Shown here: piece by piece, positions 54,156 to 63,344 of the stretch
Position numbering within the stretch: position 1 is the first letter of the stretch
Layout: every line of letters begins with the position of its first letter
NCBI GenBank assembly: GCA_963840765.1
Contig: CAWJAE010000010.1
Coordinates: 25,540-89,539, forward strand
Length of the DNA: 64,000 nt
Direction: 5' to 3'
Origin: an uncultured Alphaproteobacteria bacterium
Lineage (GTDB): Bacteria > Pseudomonadota > Alphaproteobacteria > Rhizobiales > Aestuariivirgaceae
Notes under the pieces: model-generated
The model's database searches: none
The model's input: only the letters and a program-made list of their open reading frames with translations
What the model was told of the DNA's origin: nothing
Made by a program: the position numbers and the translations under genes

Positions 54156-55382
54156 ATGATGACAATTGTCACCGAAGAAGACCAGCAAAACCGCCCCCAG
54201 AGCGGTATGCGCGGCTCGTCGCAAACTGGTGTCAGGCTCTATAATGAGCGATTGGTACTTTCGCTGGTGCGCACCCACGGCAATTTGCCCAAGGCCGAAA
54301 TTGCCAGATTGACGGGGCTTTCGCCGCAAACGGTTTCCGTCATTGTGCGGCAGCTGGAAAAGGAGGGCTTCCTTGTCAAGGGCGAAGCGCAAAAGGGCAA
54401 AGTGGGCCAACCATTGCAACCCTTCTCATTGGCGCCGGAAGGCACATTTGCCATTGGCCTTAAAGTGGGGCGGCGCTCAGGCGACTTGGTGCTGGTCGGC
54501 TTGGATGGTGTTGCCCGCAAAACCGTTCACCACCCCTATCACTTCCCGACACCGGAAGAATTTATGCATTTTGCCAAGCTGGGCATTGATGAATTGCTGG
54601 CGGACCTGACACAGCAGCAACGCAAGAAAATTTCCGGCATGGGTGTTGCAGCACCTTTTGACATTTGGAAATGGGAAGAAGAGGCCGGTGCCTCGGCTTC
54701 CGTCATGGAGGCGTGGAAACGTTTTGACCTGTTTGCCGAACTGGCAGCTATTTGCCCATGGCCCGTACTGCCCTGCAATGATGCGACGGCTGCTTGTGCT
54801 GCCGAATTGCTTTTGGGCCGGGGTCGGCAATTTCGCGATTTTGCTTATTTCTATGTGGGCTATTTCATCGGCGGTGGCATTGTCGTGAATGGCCACGTCT
54901 TCAATGGCCCCAAGGGCAATGCCGGGGCATTTGGCTCAATTCCTGTGCAGCGCAGTTCCGGCGGCACGGAACAATTGATCCGCTCAGCCTCGCTCTATTT
55001 GCTGGAGCGACATTTGCGCGACGAAGGCCGTGATGCCGGCATGCTCTGGAAAAATGATGATGACTGGTCTCGCATAGGTGCAGGGCTTGACCGTTGGATT
55101 GAAACCGCCGCCCGTGGCATTGCCCAGGCCTCTGCTGCCATTGCGGCTGTGAATGATCCTGCTGCCATTATCATTGACGGTGCCATGCCACCTCAAGTGC
55201 GGGCCCAATTGGTGGCTGCCGTCAGAAGCCACATGGCCCGCGTCAATACCGATGGCATAAACCCCTTCGTCATTGCCGAAGGTACGATTGGTATTCAGGC
55301 CCGCGCCTTGGGCGCTGCAAGTTTGCCGCTGTTTGCCAATTTCATGGTGGACCGCGATGTGTTGTTAAAGGAGGAACAATAA
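54156..55382 (+). CDS. frcR: ROK-family transcriptional regulator
   Basis: RGSSQTGVRLYNERLVLSL HTH, GLKVGRRS, NDATAACAAEL, YFIGGGIV. Confidence 0.87.
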   Translation: MMTIVTEEDQQNRPQSGMRGSSQTGVRLYNERLVLSLVRTHGNLPKAEIARLTGLSPQTVSVIVRQLEKEGFLVKGEAQKGKVGQPLQPFSLAPEGTFAIGLKVGRRSGDLVLVGLDGVARKTVHHPYHFPTPEEFMHFAKLGIDELLADLTQQQRKKISGMGVAAPFDIWKWEEEAGASASVMEAWKRFDLFAELAAICPWPVLPCNDATAACAAELLLGRGRQFRDFAYFYVGYFIGGGIVVNGHVFNGPKGNAGAFGSIPVQRSSGGTEQLIRSASLYLLERHLRDEGRDAGMLWKNDDDWSRIGAGLDRWIETAARGIAQASAAIAAVNDPAAIIIDGAMPPQVRAQLVAAVRSHMARVNTDGINPFVIAEGTIGIQARALGAASLPLFANFMVDRDVLLKEEQ

Positions 55383-55810
55383 TGTTGAAGGGCATCAACC
55401 CGATTTTGGGGCCGGAGCTGTTGAAAGTCTTGCGCGCCATGGGCCACGGTGATGACATTGCCATTGTCGATGGCAACTACCCCGCTGACACCGATGCGAA
55501 ACGATTGATCCGCATGGACGGTCTTGGCGTCACCGAAATCATGGATGCGATCTTGTCCGTTATGCCGCTTGATGAAATGGTGCCCGAAGCCTGCTGGCGC
55601 CCTGCGGCTTATTTAGATCCCAAGCGTGTGGAACCGATATTCGAAGAGTTCGATACGATCGTCGCCAAACACGAACCCAAGCACAAAGTGCATGTGCTGG
55701 TGGGTGCGGATTTTTACAACAAGGTAAAAGGATCATACGCCCTGATCGCGACAACGGAGCGGCGCTTGTATGGGAACATCGTGTTGAAGAAGGGTGTGAT
55801 TCATCCCTAG
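55382..55810 (+). CDS. RbsD/FucU-family sugar mutarotase
   Basis: MLKGI.P.L..ELL..L..MGHGDDIAIVDGNYP, TTERRLYGNIVLKKGV. Confidence 0.92.
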   Translation: MLKGINPILGPELLKVLRAMGHGDDIAIVDGNYPADTDAKRLIRMDGLGVTEIMDAILSVMPLDEMVPEACWRPAAYLDPKRVEPIFEEFDTIVAKHEPKHKVHVLVGADFYNKVKGSYALIATTERRLYGNIVLKKGVIHP

Positions 55811-55859
55811 CAATCGCTTGCGATTGCGGAACCCCGCCTAGCAATCGCCTGCGATTGCG
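55806..55859. repeat. Tandem duplicated 23-bp palindromic unit
   Basis: CCTAGCAATCGCTTGCGATTGCG (55806-55828) and CCTAGCAATCGCCTGCGATTGCG (55837-55859); each holds the hairpin GCAATCGC-NN-GCGATTGC. Confidence 0.85.
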
Positions 55860-55963
55860 AAGCAGCGTCTCCAAAGGAAAAGCGAAATCATCGCATTCGA
55901 ATTGGCACAGCACGTCTATAGTCTAGGCATAACTGAACCTGCGCTTTGCCAACATTGAGAACT

Positions 55964-56471
55964 TCAATTGTCACCATGGTATGACCTAACTGCGACGACT
56001 GCAGTCCGAACAAATTCCATAAAATCTGATTCAAGCGTAATTTCTGTTCCTCACCAAAACCACGCCCGGCAATGTCGCCGACCGGACTTTATTTACACTA
56101 TCACGATCATGGTTTCTTGAAAGATCATCCGAGTTGTGAACGCAAGCATTTCGGATACACAAAAGTGCGTTTAACGCTGCTTTTGAAATATTGCGTTTTC
56201 TAAATGGATGATCCATTTCAAAAGTGCCGATGAAAACATCAAAATCAGTGATCAGATTCCCTGAAATTTCCCACGACTTCGCGCCGCTCTCATTCTCCAA
56301 ATATGCCATACAGCCCGCCAGATAGAAAACCAGCGAATGATGTATAAAAATCGGATGTTCGTCTCCGTACTTGCCTTCAAGAGTTCCGTCGGGGCCTTCT
56401 CTAATTGCCGTTTCAAACAAGCGAGATATTCGCCGTGCATGGACGAGCAACTTTGTACGATCAGTTTCCAT
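55964..56471 (-). CDS. Hypothetical protein with HEPN-like RxxxxH motif (probable frameshift near 56052; annotated ORF stops at 56031)
   Basis: LLCIRNACVHN motif in a helical context; shifted frame continues GTEITLESDFMEFVRTAVVAVRSYHGDN to TGA at 55964; AT-richer than flanks. Confidence 0.6.
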
Positions 56472-56506
56472 TTAGAAAATCCAACCCAAGTGTTGCGCCG
56501 TGTCCC

Positions 56507-56878
56507 TCACGCCACCGCCTTCAAATCAAACGCCGCGTGAATGACACTATAGGGCACATGCACCAATCCTTCTTCATTGCGTTCCACCAATCCCCATTCC
56601 ATCATCGCCATAACATCATCATGTACGCGCTTCACATCGCGGTCCAATGCCCGGGCAAGTCCACGCACCGTGCTTGGGCCTAAATGTTGCAGCCGTTCAA
56701 TCAATTGCCAGCGCTTGGGACTGATCACTGAAAACAATTGTGCGGGCGAGCTGAAAGTGAAAACGGCAGGGCCTGCCTTACCCGTTTTCCACGTCTTCTT
56801 AAAACGCGCAGCGGCGTCTGCCAAAATTGCGTCGTCGTCGTTGACTATACGAATAATTGCTTCGGTCATTTCAATCAT
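56507..56878 (-). CDS. HTH DNA-binding protein (HVO_A0114-like), putative antitoxin
   Basis: FSSPAQLFSVISPKRWQLIERL..GPSTVRGLARALDRDVKRVHDDV..L..GLVE...VPY; overlaps the upstream gene by ATGA. Confidence 0.78.
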   Translation of the reverse strand: MIEMTEAIIRIVNDDDAILADAAARFKKTWKTGKAGPAVFTFSSPAQLFSVISPKRWQLIERLQHLGPSTVRGLARALDRDVKRVHDDVMAMMEWGLVERNEEGLVHVPYSVIHAAFDLKAVA

Positions 56879-57153
56879 CTCCTTTCGCGCACCAACTGCA
56901 AGAAATCTTCCATCAGCCGATCCACATCACTAAACTGATAGGCACGTTCAACACCATCGACATGGCAATGATCACCTTTCGGCCTTTCATTATCAAACCC
57001 CACGATGCGAACTCCGGCTTTGCCATAGTAGAGCCGATACTTGTAACGATGCACTGAACCCATGACGGGGACGGGCAATTGCCAAATGACCATCTCCAAA
57101 ATGGCACCGTCTGAAAGTACATCCTTGGATCGCAGCAAAAGCGTTGCCTTCAT
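56875..57153 (-). CDS. DUF6516 (TumE-like) putative toxin
   Basis: EMVIWQLP.PV.GS.HRYKYRLYY, VGFDNERPKGDHCH, YQFSDVDRLMEDF. Confidence 0.78.
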   Translation of the reverse strand: MKATLLLRSKDVLSDGAILEMVIWQLPVPVMGSVHRYKYRLYYGKAGVRIVGFDNERPKGDHCHVDGVERAYQFSDVDRLMEDFLQLVRERR

Positions 57154-57180
57154 TCATGCAGGCTAATGCGGTAGACTAAC

Positions 57181-57200
57181 TGTTGTCAATCATGCCAACA
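57181..57200. promoter_or_regulatory. Putative TA autoregulatory operator
   Basis: TGTTGTCA-ATCA-TGCCAACA, 7/8 inverted repeat ~28 bp upstream of the toxin start. Confidence 0.55.
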
Positions 57201-57284
57201 CAGACCATTTCAATCGCCAATCTGACATCTGTTCGGCACAGTCATGTCTTGATAACACGCGCCAAGCTTGCTTAAGCATCCGCC

Positions 57285-57863
57285 ATGCTTCTTGTGATCG
57301 ACACCTGTTTCAATGCCTGCTCTGCCGCTCTTTATGATGAAGGGACGGCCAGCGTTGTTGCGTCGGGCTATCAGGAGATGGAGCGTGGCCATGCCGAGGC
57401 TTTGGGGCCGATGGTGGAGCGCTTGTTTGCGGAGAGCAACACGAAACCCAATCAACTGACCCGCATCGCCGTCACCTATGGCCCCGGCACATTCACAGGT
57501 CTTCGCATCGGTTTGAGTTACGCCAAGGGCATGGCATTGGCGCTGGATATTCCGCTGGTTGGCCTCAACAGCTTGAAGGCCACAGCCCAACACGGCAGCG
57601 AAAAAGTCATCATCGCCCACAAGCGGGCGGCACCGGACTATTTTATTGGACGAGCCCCACCGGCCCAGCGCTTGGCAGCGCTGACGCGATCAAGGCGGAT
57701 GCGGCAAGGCTTGGTCGCGGCATCATTGGATCTGGAATTGAAGGCGCCAAAACACTTTGGCCTGATGCCAAGATATTTGCAGGCTTTGCGGCCAGCCTTG
57801 CAAACACAGGTGAACCCATAGAGCCGCTTTATCTGCGCCCGCCTGATGCCAAGCCAAGCGTGA
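57285..57863 (+). CDS. tsaB: tRNA threonylcarbamoyladenosine protein TsaB (frameshifted; possibly fused to RimI)
   Basis: LVIDT, GHAEALGPM, IAVTYGPGTFTGLRIG; C-terminal EPLYLRPPDAKP at ~57821-57856. Confidence 0.9.
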
Positions 57864-58321
57864 GTGCTGCTGCGTCAACAGCTCAAATTCGCCTTGCGAC
57901 CGCGCAGGATGTGGGCGTGATGGCCGAGTCTTCATGCGGCCAGCTTTCCAAGGGGATGGAGCGAGGTTGAAATTGCCTCGATCCTTGACATTTCCGGTGC
58001 CGGTGCACTGCTGGTTGAATTGGCAGGCACGGCTTATGGCTTCGTGCAATTTCAATGGGTGGCAGGTGATGCTGAAATCAATACAATTTGCGTGTTGCCG
58101 AATTATCGCCGCCAACATTTCGCCCGTGACTTGATGGTGGGCTTGCATGCCACGTTGCAACAACTCAACACGTCCAAAGATATTTCTGGAAGTATCGTCC
58201 AGCAATGTTGCTGCCCAACAGACTTTATGACAGCTTCGGTTTTCAAAATCAGGGATTGCGCAAGGCCTATTATGCCGATGGATCAGACGCCATTACCATG
58301 GTGAAAGTTCTGGCAACGTGA
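57860..58321 (+). CDS. rimI: RimI-like N-acetyltransferase (frameshifted)
   Basis: AGDAEINTICVLPNYRRQHFA, IFLEV..SNVAAQ.LY, GLRKAYY..GSDAITM across frames. Confidence 0.82.
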
Positions 58322-59110
58322 TCGGAACAATTTCGGCAAGCTTACGCACAATGCTGTTTGTGGTCATCACGCTTGCGCTGATGCCGTTGCAAGGCCTTGT
58401 TCATTTTGCTGTCGCCGAAACTGGCGAGGATTTTTCCGCATTATTTTCACAAATTGGCCAGCAAGCTTTTGGGTTTTCAAACTCGCATCATCGGCCAATT
58501 GCCGGAAAGCGGGCAATGTCTGCTGGTCAGCAATCATGTGTCGTGGATTGATGTTGTCGTGTTGAGCACAGTGGCACCTGTGTCATTCGTTGCCAAACGC
58601 GAAGTGGCGTCCTGGCCATTTTTTGGTTGGCTCGCCAAATTGCAGCGCACGGTATTCGTGGACCGCGAGCGTCGCCACTCGACGGGCCAGTCCCGCACCG
58701 AACTGGAAACCCGTCTGGCGCGGGGGGATCGCATCGTGTTGTTTCCGGAAGGCACGTCCCATGATGGCGTATCGGTGCTGCCGTTCAAGTCTTCATTCTT
58801 TGCAGCAGCAATTGCGCCTGAGATTGCGATTGTGCCCGTCACATTGGTCTATAAGCAGCATTGGGGCCTGCCGCTGACACGGCGTAACCGCGGCACTTTT
58901 GCGTGGTATGCTGATATGGATTTGATTCCGCATCTGTGGGGGGCCATTAGTGCAGGCCCATTAACCGTGGAAATCATCATCCACCCGCACTTGATGTTGA
59001 AACCGGGCAAAACCGCAAACGCGCCGAAGAAGTGTCTGAGCGTACGATCCGCCAGAGCTTGGCCCCGCCCTTCACGGGCGGGACGAAAAAGGAGTAGCAG
59101 GCGGACATGA
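58318..59110 (+). CDS. Lysophospholipid acyltransferase (PlsC/OlsA-like), frameshifted
   Basis: [50 protein letters not shown]; directly upstream of miaB. Confidence 0.88.
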
Positions 59111-60452
59111 CCAAAACCGCTTTCGTCAAAAGCTACGGCTGCCAGATGAATGTCTATGACTCCACCCGCATGCAGGAGTTGTTGGCGGCCCAGGGCTATG
59201 CCCCGGCGAGGCACCAGAAAAGGCTGATCTTGTGGTGCTGAACACCTGCCATATCCGCGAAAAGGCGGCAGGCAAGGTCTATTCCGAATTGGGCCGCATT
59301 CAAGAGATGAAGAAGGCGCGGGCTTCAGAAGGCCACAACATGGTCGTGGCCGTTGCTGGCTGTGTGGCGCAGGCGGAAGGTGCTGAAATCATCAAGCGCA
59401 ACAAATCAGTTGATCTGGTATTCGGTCCGCAAACCTATCACCGACTGCCTGCCATGTTGAAAGCCCGAAGTGAAACAGGCCTCCCCGTGGTGGAAACAGA
59501 ATTTTCTTCGGATGACAAGTTTGAAGGCTTGGGCGGGGGTGCTGCTCGCAAGGCTTTGAAGCATGGTGTTGCCGCATTTCTAACCGTGCAGGAGGGGTGC
59601 GATAAATTCTGTTCCTTTTGCGTGGTGCCTTATACGCGGGGTGCTGAATTTTCACGCGCCGTGCCGCAAATTTTGGACGAAGCCCAAGCCTTGGTTGAAA
59701 GCGGTGTCAAAGAAATCACCCTGCTTGGGCAAAATGTGAATGCCTATCGGGGGAAAACCGCCAATGGCAATTCCAGCAGTTTGGCAGCTCTTATTTCGAT
59801 CCTATCCGCAGTCAAAGGATTGGCACGCATACGCTATACCACCAGCCATCCCCGCGACATGGGCGATGACTTGATAGCGGCCCACGCTGACATTCCCAAG
59901 CTGATGCCATATCTGCATTTGCCTGTGCAATCCGGCAGTGACAAAATCCTGAAGGCGATGAACCGGGGCCACACCGCACAACACTACAATGATTTGATTG
60001 CCAAAGTCAGGGCGACGCGACCTGACATGGCCTTGTCTGGCGATTTCATCGTGGGCTTTCCCGGAGAATCAGAGGCTGATTTTCAAGCAACTTTGGATTT
60101 GGTTAAGGCCGTGGGCTACGCTTCGGCCTATTCGTTCAAGTATTCGGAGCGCCCCGGCACGCCTGCTGCAGAGCGCAAGTCCCAAATCCCTGAAGACGAA
60201 AAATCTGACCGACTTTCCCGTTTGCAAGCGCTTTTGGCAGAGCAGCAAACAGCTTTTAACCGGGCGTGCATTGGCCGCACTTTAGACGTGCTGGTCGAAA
60301 AACCGGGTCGCATGGCAGGCCAGATGATTGGCCGCTCGCCCTATTTGCAGAGCGTCCATTTTGACGGAGCCGGTACAGCTATCGGCGACATCATCCGATG
60401 CCGCATCGAGGGCCAAACTCCCAACAGCCTTTCAGCAACAGTTGTGGAGTGA
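59107..60452 (+). CDS. miaB: tRNA-2-methylthio-N6-dimethylallyladenosine synthase (frameshift near 59205)
   Basis: [53 protein letters not shown]. Confidence 0.95.
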
Positions 60453-60519
60453 CTGCGGGGGCGTCTTGACGATGTCACATCCAACACCCAATATATTACT
60501 TTAGGGAGAAACACAGCAC

Positions 60520-61530
60520 TTGAACCCACCCACCAGCGCCATCGCGGCCCATCCTCTTCGGGCCAGTCTTCCGCAAGACGACCAAACCCTGACACTCGCC
60601 TTTGAAGACAACCGTTTATTGCCCCATGTGTTTGGTGAACATGATGAGCATTTGGCTCTGATCGAACACCGTCTGTCCGTTGCAATAACGCCCAAGGGCA
60701 ACAAGGTGGCTATACGCGGTGGCTCGACAGCGGCAGAAGATGCCCGTTCGGTGCTGTTGTCACTTTACACGCGCGCCAGCCGTGGCTTGGATGTGACGCG
60801 GGGCGATGTGGATGGTGCCATTCGAATGATGCGTGCCCGAGACGAAGGAGCCAACGAAGGTGCCGTGCGCACACGGCGCAAATCCGTCAATGCCCGCACG
60901 CCCAACCAGAAAATTTATATCGATGCCATCCGCCGCCATGAATTGGTATTTGGTATTGGTCCTGCTGGTACGGGTAAAACTTACCTCGCTGTCGCCTGTG
61001 CCGCAGAAGCCTTGATGAATGGTGAAGTTGACCGGATCGTCTTGTCGCGTCCTGCTGTTGAGGCGGGCGAACGCTTGGGCTTTTTGCCCGGTGACATGAA
61101 AGAGAAAATCGACCCTTACCTGCGCCCGCTTTATGATGCGCTCTATGACATGATGCCGCAAAGTCTGGTGGCCAAGGGATTGGCCGAAAACCAGATCGAA
61201 ATTGCACCGCTTGCCTTCATGCGCGGGCGCACGTTGTCAAACGCCTTTGTCATTCTCGATGAGGCGCAAAATACCACGCCACAGCAAATGAAGATGTTTC
61301 TGACGCGCCTTGGCGAAGGCAGCCGCATGGTGGTGACGGGCGATCCCACTCAGGTGGATTTGCCTAATAATATGACGTCGGGACTGTCTGACGCCCTGCA
61401 TATTTTGAAAGGCGTCAAGGGCATTGAACAGGTGCATTTCCTTGCCGAAGATATTGTTCGCCATGCGCTTGTTGGCCGTATTGTCGGGGCCTACGAAAAG
61501 CAGGCACGCAAGGCCAAGCCTTTAAAATGA
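60520..61530 (+). CDS. phoH: PhoH-family ATPase (YbeZ)
   Basis: GPAGTGKTYLAV, RPAVEAGERLGFLPGD, APLAFMRGRTL, LDEAQN. Confidence 0.95.
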   Translation: MNPPTSAIAAHPLRASLPQDDQTLTLAFEDNRLLPHVFGEHDEHLALIEHRLSVAITPKGNKVAIRGGSTAAEDARSVLLSLYTRASRGLDVTRGDVDGAIRMMRARDEGANEGAVRTRRKSVNARTPNQKIYIDAIRRHELVFGIGPAGTGKTYLAVACAAEALMNGEVDRIVLSRPAVEAGERLGFLPGDMKEKIDPYLRPLYDALYDMMPQSLVAKGLAENQIEIAPLAFMRGRTLSNAFVILDEAQNTTPQQMKMFLTRLGEGSRMVVTGDPTQVDLPNNMTSGLSDALHILKGVKGIEQVHFLAEDIVRHALVGRIVGAYEKQARKAKPLK

Positions 61531-61979
61531 GAATTTCGATAGATGTTGAAGATGCCCGTTGGGACGCGCTGCCCGATGCCAATATGCTCATTCACAGGGC
61601 ACTTCACGCAACCAACCCTGATGATGACCGTAGCGTTGACGTTTTATTGACGGGAGATTTGGAAATTCGCACCCTCAACAGGGAATGGTTAGGCAAGGAC
61701 AAGTCCACGAATGTGCTGTCCTTCCCTTCACCGGAAATGCCAGTGCCACCGGGTGAAGTGGCGCATCTGGGTGATGTCGTTCTGGCCTGGGACACGGTTG
61801 AACGTGAAGCGCTTACCGCTGCCAAGCCGCTGGGGGACCATGTTGTTCACCTCGCTGTCCATGCTATGCTACACCTTCTCGGGTTCGACCATGAGAATGA
61901 TGCCGAAGGCGACGTGATGGAAGCAAAGGAAATAGAAATTTTGGCTGGCCTAGATATTGCGGACCCCTACGCTGCATGA
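61527..61979 (+). CDS. ybeY: rRNA maturation endoribonuclease YbeY
   Basis: KDKSTNVLSFP, LGDVV, HAMLHLLGFDH. Confidence 0.95.
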   Translation: MRISIDVEDARWDALPDANMLIHRALHATNPDDDRSVDVLLTGDLEIRTLNREWLGKDKSTNVLSFPSPEMPVPPGEVAHLGDVVLAWDTVEREALTAAKPLGDHVVHLAVHAMLHLLGFDHENDAEGDVMEAKEIEILAGLDIADPYAA

Positions 61980-62944
61980 GCAACGACAAAGTCACTGAAG
62001 CCAAAAAGGCTCCGAATTTTCTCAATCGGCTGCGTCACCGCTTGGCCGGCAGCAGGGATTTACGCGAAAACCTGGAAAGCGTGATTGAAAGTCATGCGGA
62101 AGTTAACGGCGGCCCCGGCATGGCGGCTGATGCGAGATCCATGCTCGGCAACCTCCTCAATTTCCAGGATTTGCGCGTCAGTGATTTGATGGTGCCCCGC
62201 GCTGATATTGTGGGCATTGAAGAGGATGAAACCCTGCGTGCCCTGCTGGACCGATTTGTCGAAGCCAATCATTCACGCTTGCCTGTTTATCGGGAAACCC
62301 TTGATGACGTGATGGGCATGATCCACGTCAAAGATTTTCTACGGTGGATGAATGCCAAGGGCCGTACGTCAAAATCCAAGTCGGTCGCAGGCATCTCGCT
62401 TTCGGCATCTGAACTTTCCAATACCATCAAAGGCCATCACAGCATCATCCGGGATGTGCTGTATGTGCCGCTATCAATGCCGGCGTCAGACTTGCTGTTC
62501 AAAATGAAATCGTCCCATGTTCATCTGGCTGTTGTGGTCGATGAATATGGGGGCACCGATGGTTTGGTGTCGTTTGAAGACATCGTTGAAACCATTGTCG
62601 GTGAAATTTCAGATGAGCATGACGACGATGAAGATGACGTGCTGATCAAAAAGCAGAATGACACCACATGGATTGCCGACGCGCGCATTGCTATTGCGAC
62701 ACTCGATGAGATGTTCAAGGTAGATTTGCTACCGGAAGACCAGGAAGATGAAGCCGATACTTTGGGTGGTCTGGTGTTTGAAATGTGCGGGCGCGTTCCC
62801 GTGCGCGGCGAAGTTATTGTGCACGCGACAGGTCTGGAATTTGAAATTGTCGAAAGCGATTTGCGACGTGTCAAACGCGTTCGCATCCATTTGGAAAAAA
62901 CAATGCCCGCAGTGCAAGAACCTGCGGGCAATGAAACGGGTTAA
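61976..62944 (+). CDS. corC: CBS/CorC-HlyC domain protein (Mg/Co efflux CorC-like)
   Basis: MVPRADI, HSRLPVY, VVDEYGGTDGLVS.EDIVE.IVGEI.DEHD, TLGGL. Confidence 0.88.
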   Translation: MSNDKVTEAKKAPNFLNRLRHRLAGSRDLRENLESVIESHAEVNGGPGMAADARSMLGNLLNFQDLRVSDLMVPRADIVGIEEDETLRALLDRFVEANHSRLPVYRETLDDVMGMIHVKDFLRWMNAKGRTSKSKSVAGISLSASELSNTIKGHHSIIRDVLYVPLSMPASDLLFKMKSSHVHLAVVVDEYGGTDGLVSFEDIVETIVGEISDEHDDDEDDVLIKKQNDTTWIADARIAIATLDEMFKVDLLPEDQEDEADTLGGLVFEMCGRVPVRGEVIVHATGLEFEIVESDLRRVKRVRIHLEKTMPAVQEPAGNETG

Positions 62945-62956
62945 AGTCTTTCGACG

Positions 62957-63280
62957 TTAAGCAATCGATTGTTCAATCCAGCTTTGAAGCTGGTTCTTAG
63001 GGGCAGCGCCAACTTTTGTGGATGCAAGCTTGCCACCCTTGAAAATCATCAATGTGGGAATGCCACGCACGCCGTATTTCGAAGGCGTTGACGGATTTTC
63101 ATCGATGTTGACCTTGACGATCTTGGCCTTGCTGCCCAATTCTTTGGCGATTTCTTCCAAGGAGGGCCCGATCATTTTGCAAGGGCCGCACCATTCGGCC
63201 CAAAAATCCACAACCACGGGTGTTTCAGATTTCAGAACATCGGCTTCAAAAGTGGCGTCGGTGGATTTGTGGGTGGACAT
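62957..63280 (-). CDS. trxA: Thioredoxin
   Basis: [19 protein letters not shown]. Confidence 0.96.
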   Translation of the reverse strand: MSTHKSTDATFEADVLKSETPVVVDFWAEWCGPCKMIGPSLEEIAKELGSKAKIVKVNIDENPSTPSKYGVRGIPTLMIFKGGKLASTKVGAAPKNQLQSWIEQSIA

Positions 63281-63315
63281 GGGAGAATCTCCAGAAATGG
63301 GTTATGCTGCACAAG

Positions 63316-63344
63316 AGGTAGTGATGGACAGCGGCAAGGTCAAG
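63316..63344 (-). promoter_or_regulatory. Probable trxA promoter CTTGAC-N17-CTACCT
   Basis: Fits the alphaproteobacterial RpoD/RpoH consensus just upstream of trxA. Confidence 0.45.

Noticed and set aside
55806-55859. Mini CRISPR array
   Set aside because: Only two units with an 8-bp spacer and no cas genes
55860-57280. Prophage or IS element
   Set aside because: No integrase, transposase, terminal inverted repeats, tRNA attachment site or matching right-hand direct repeat found
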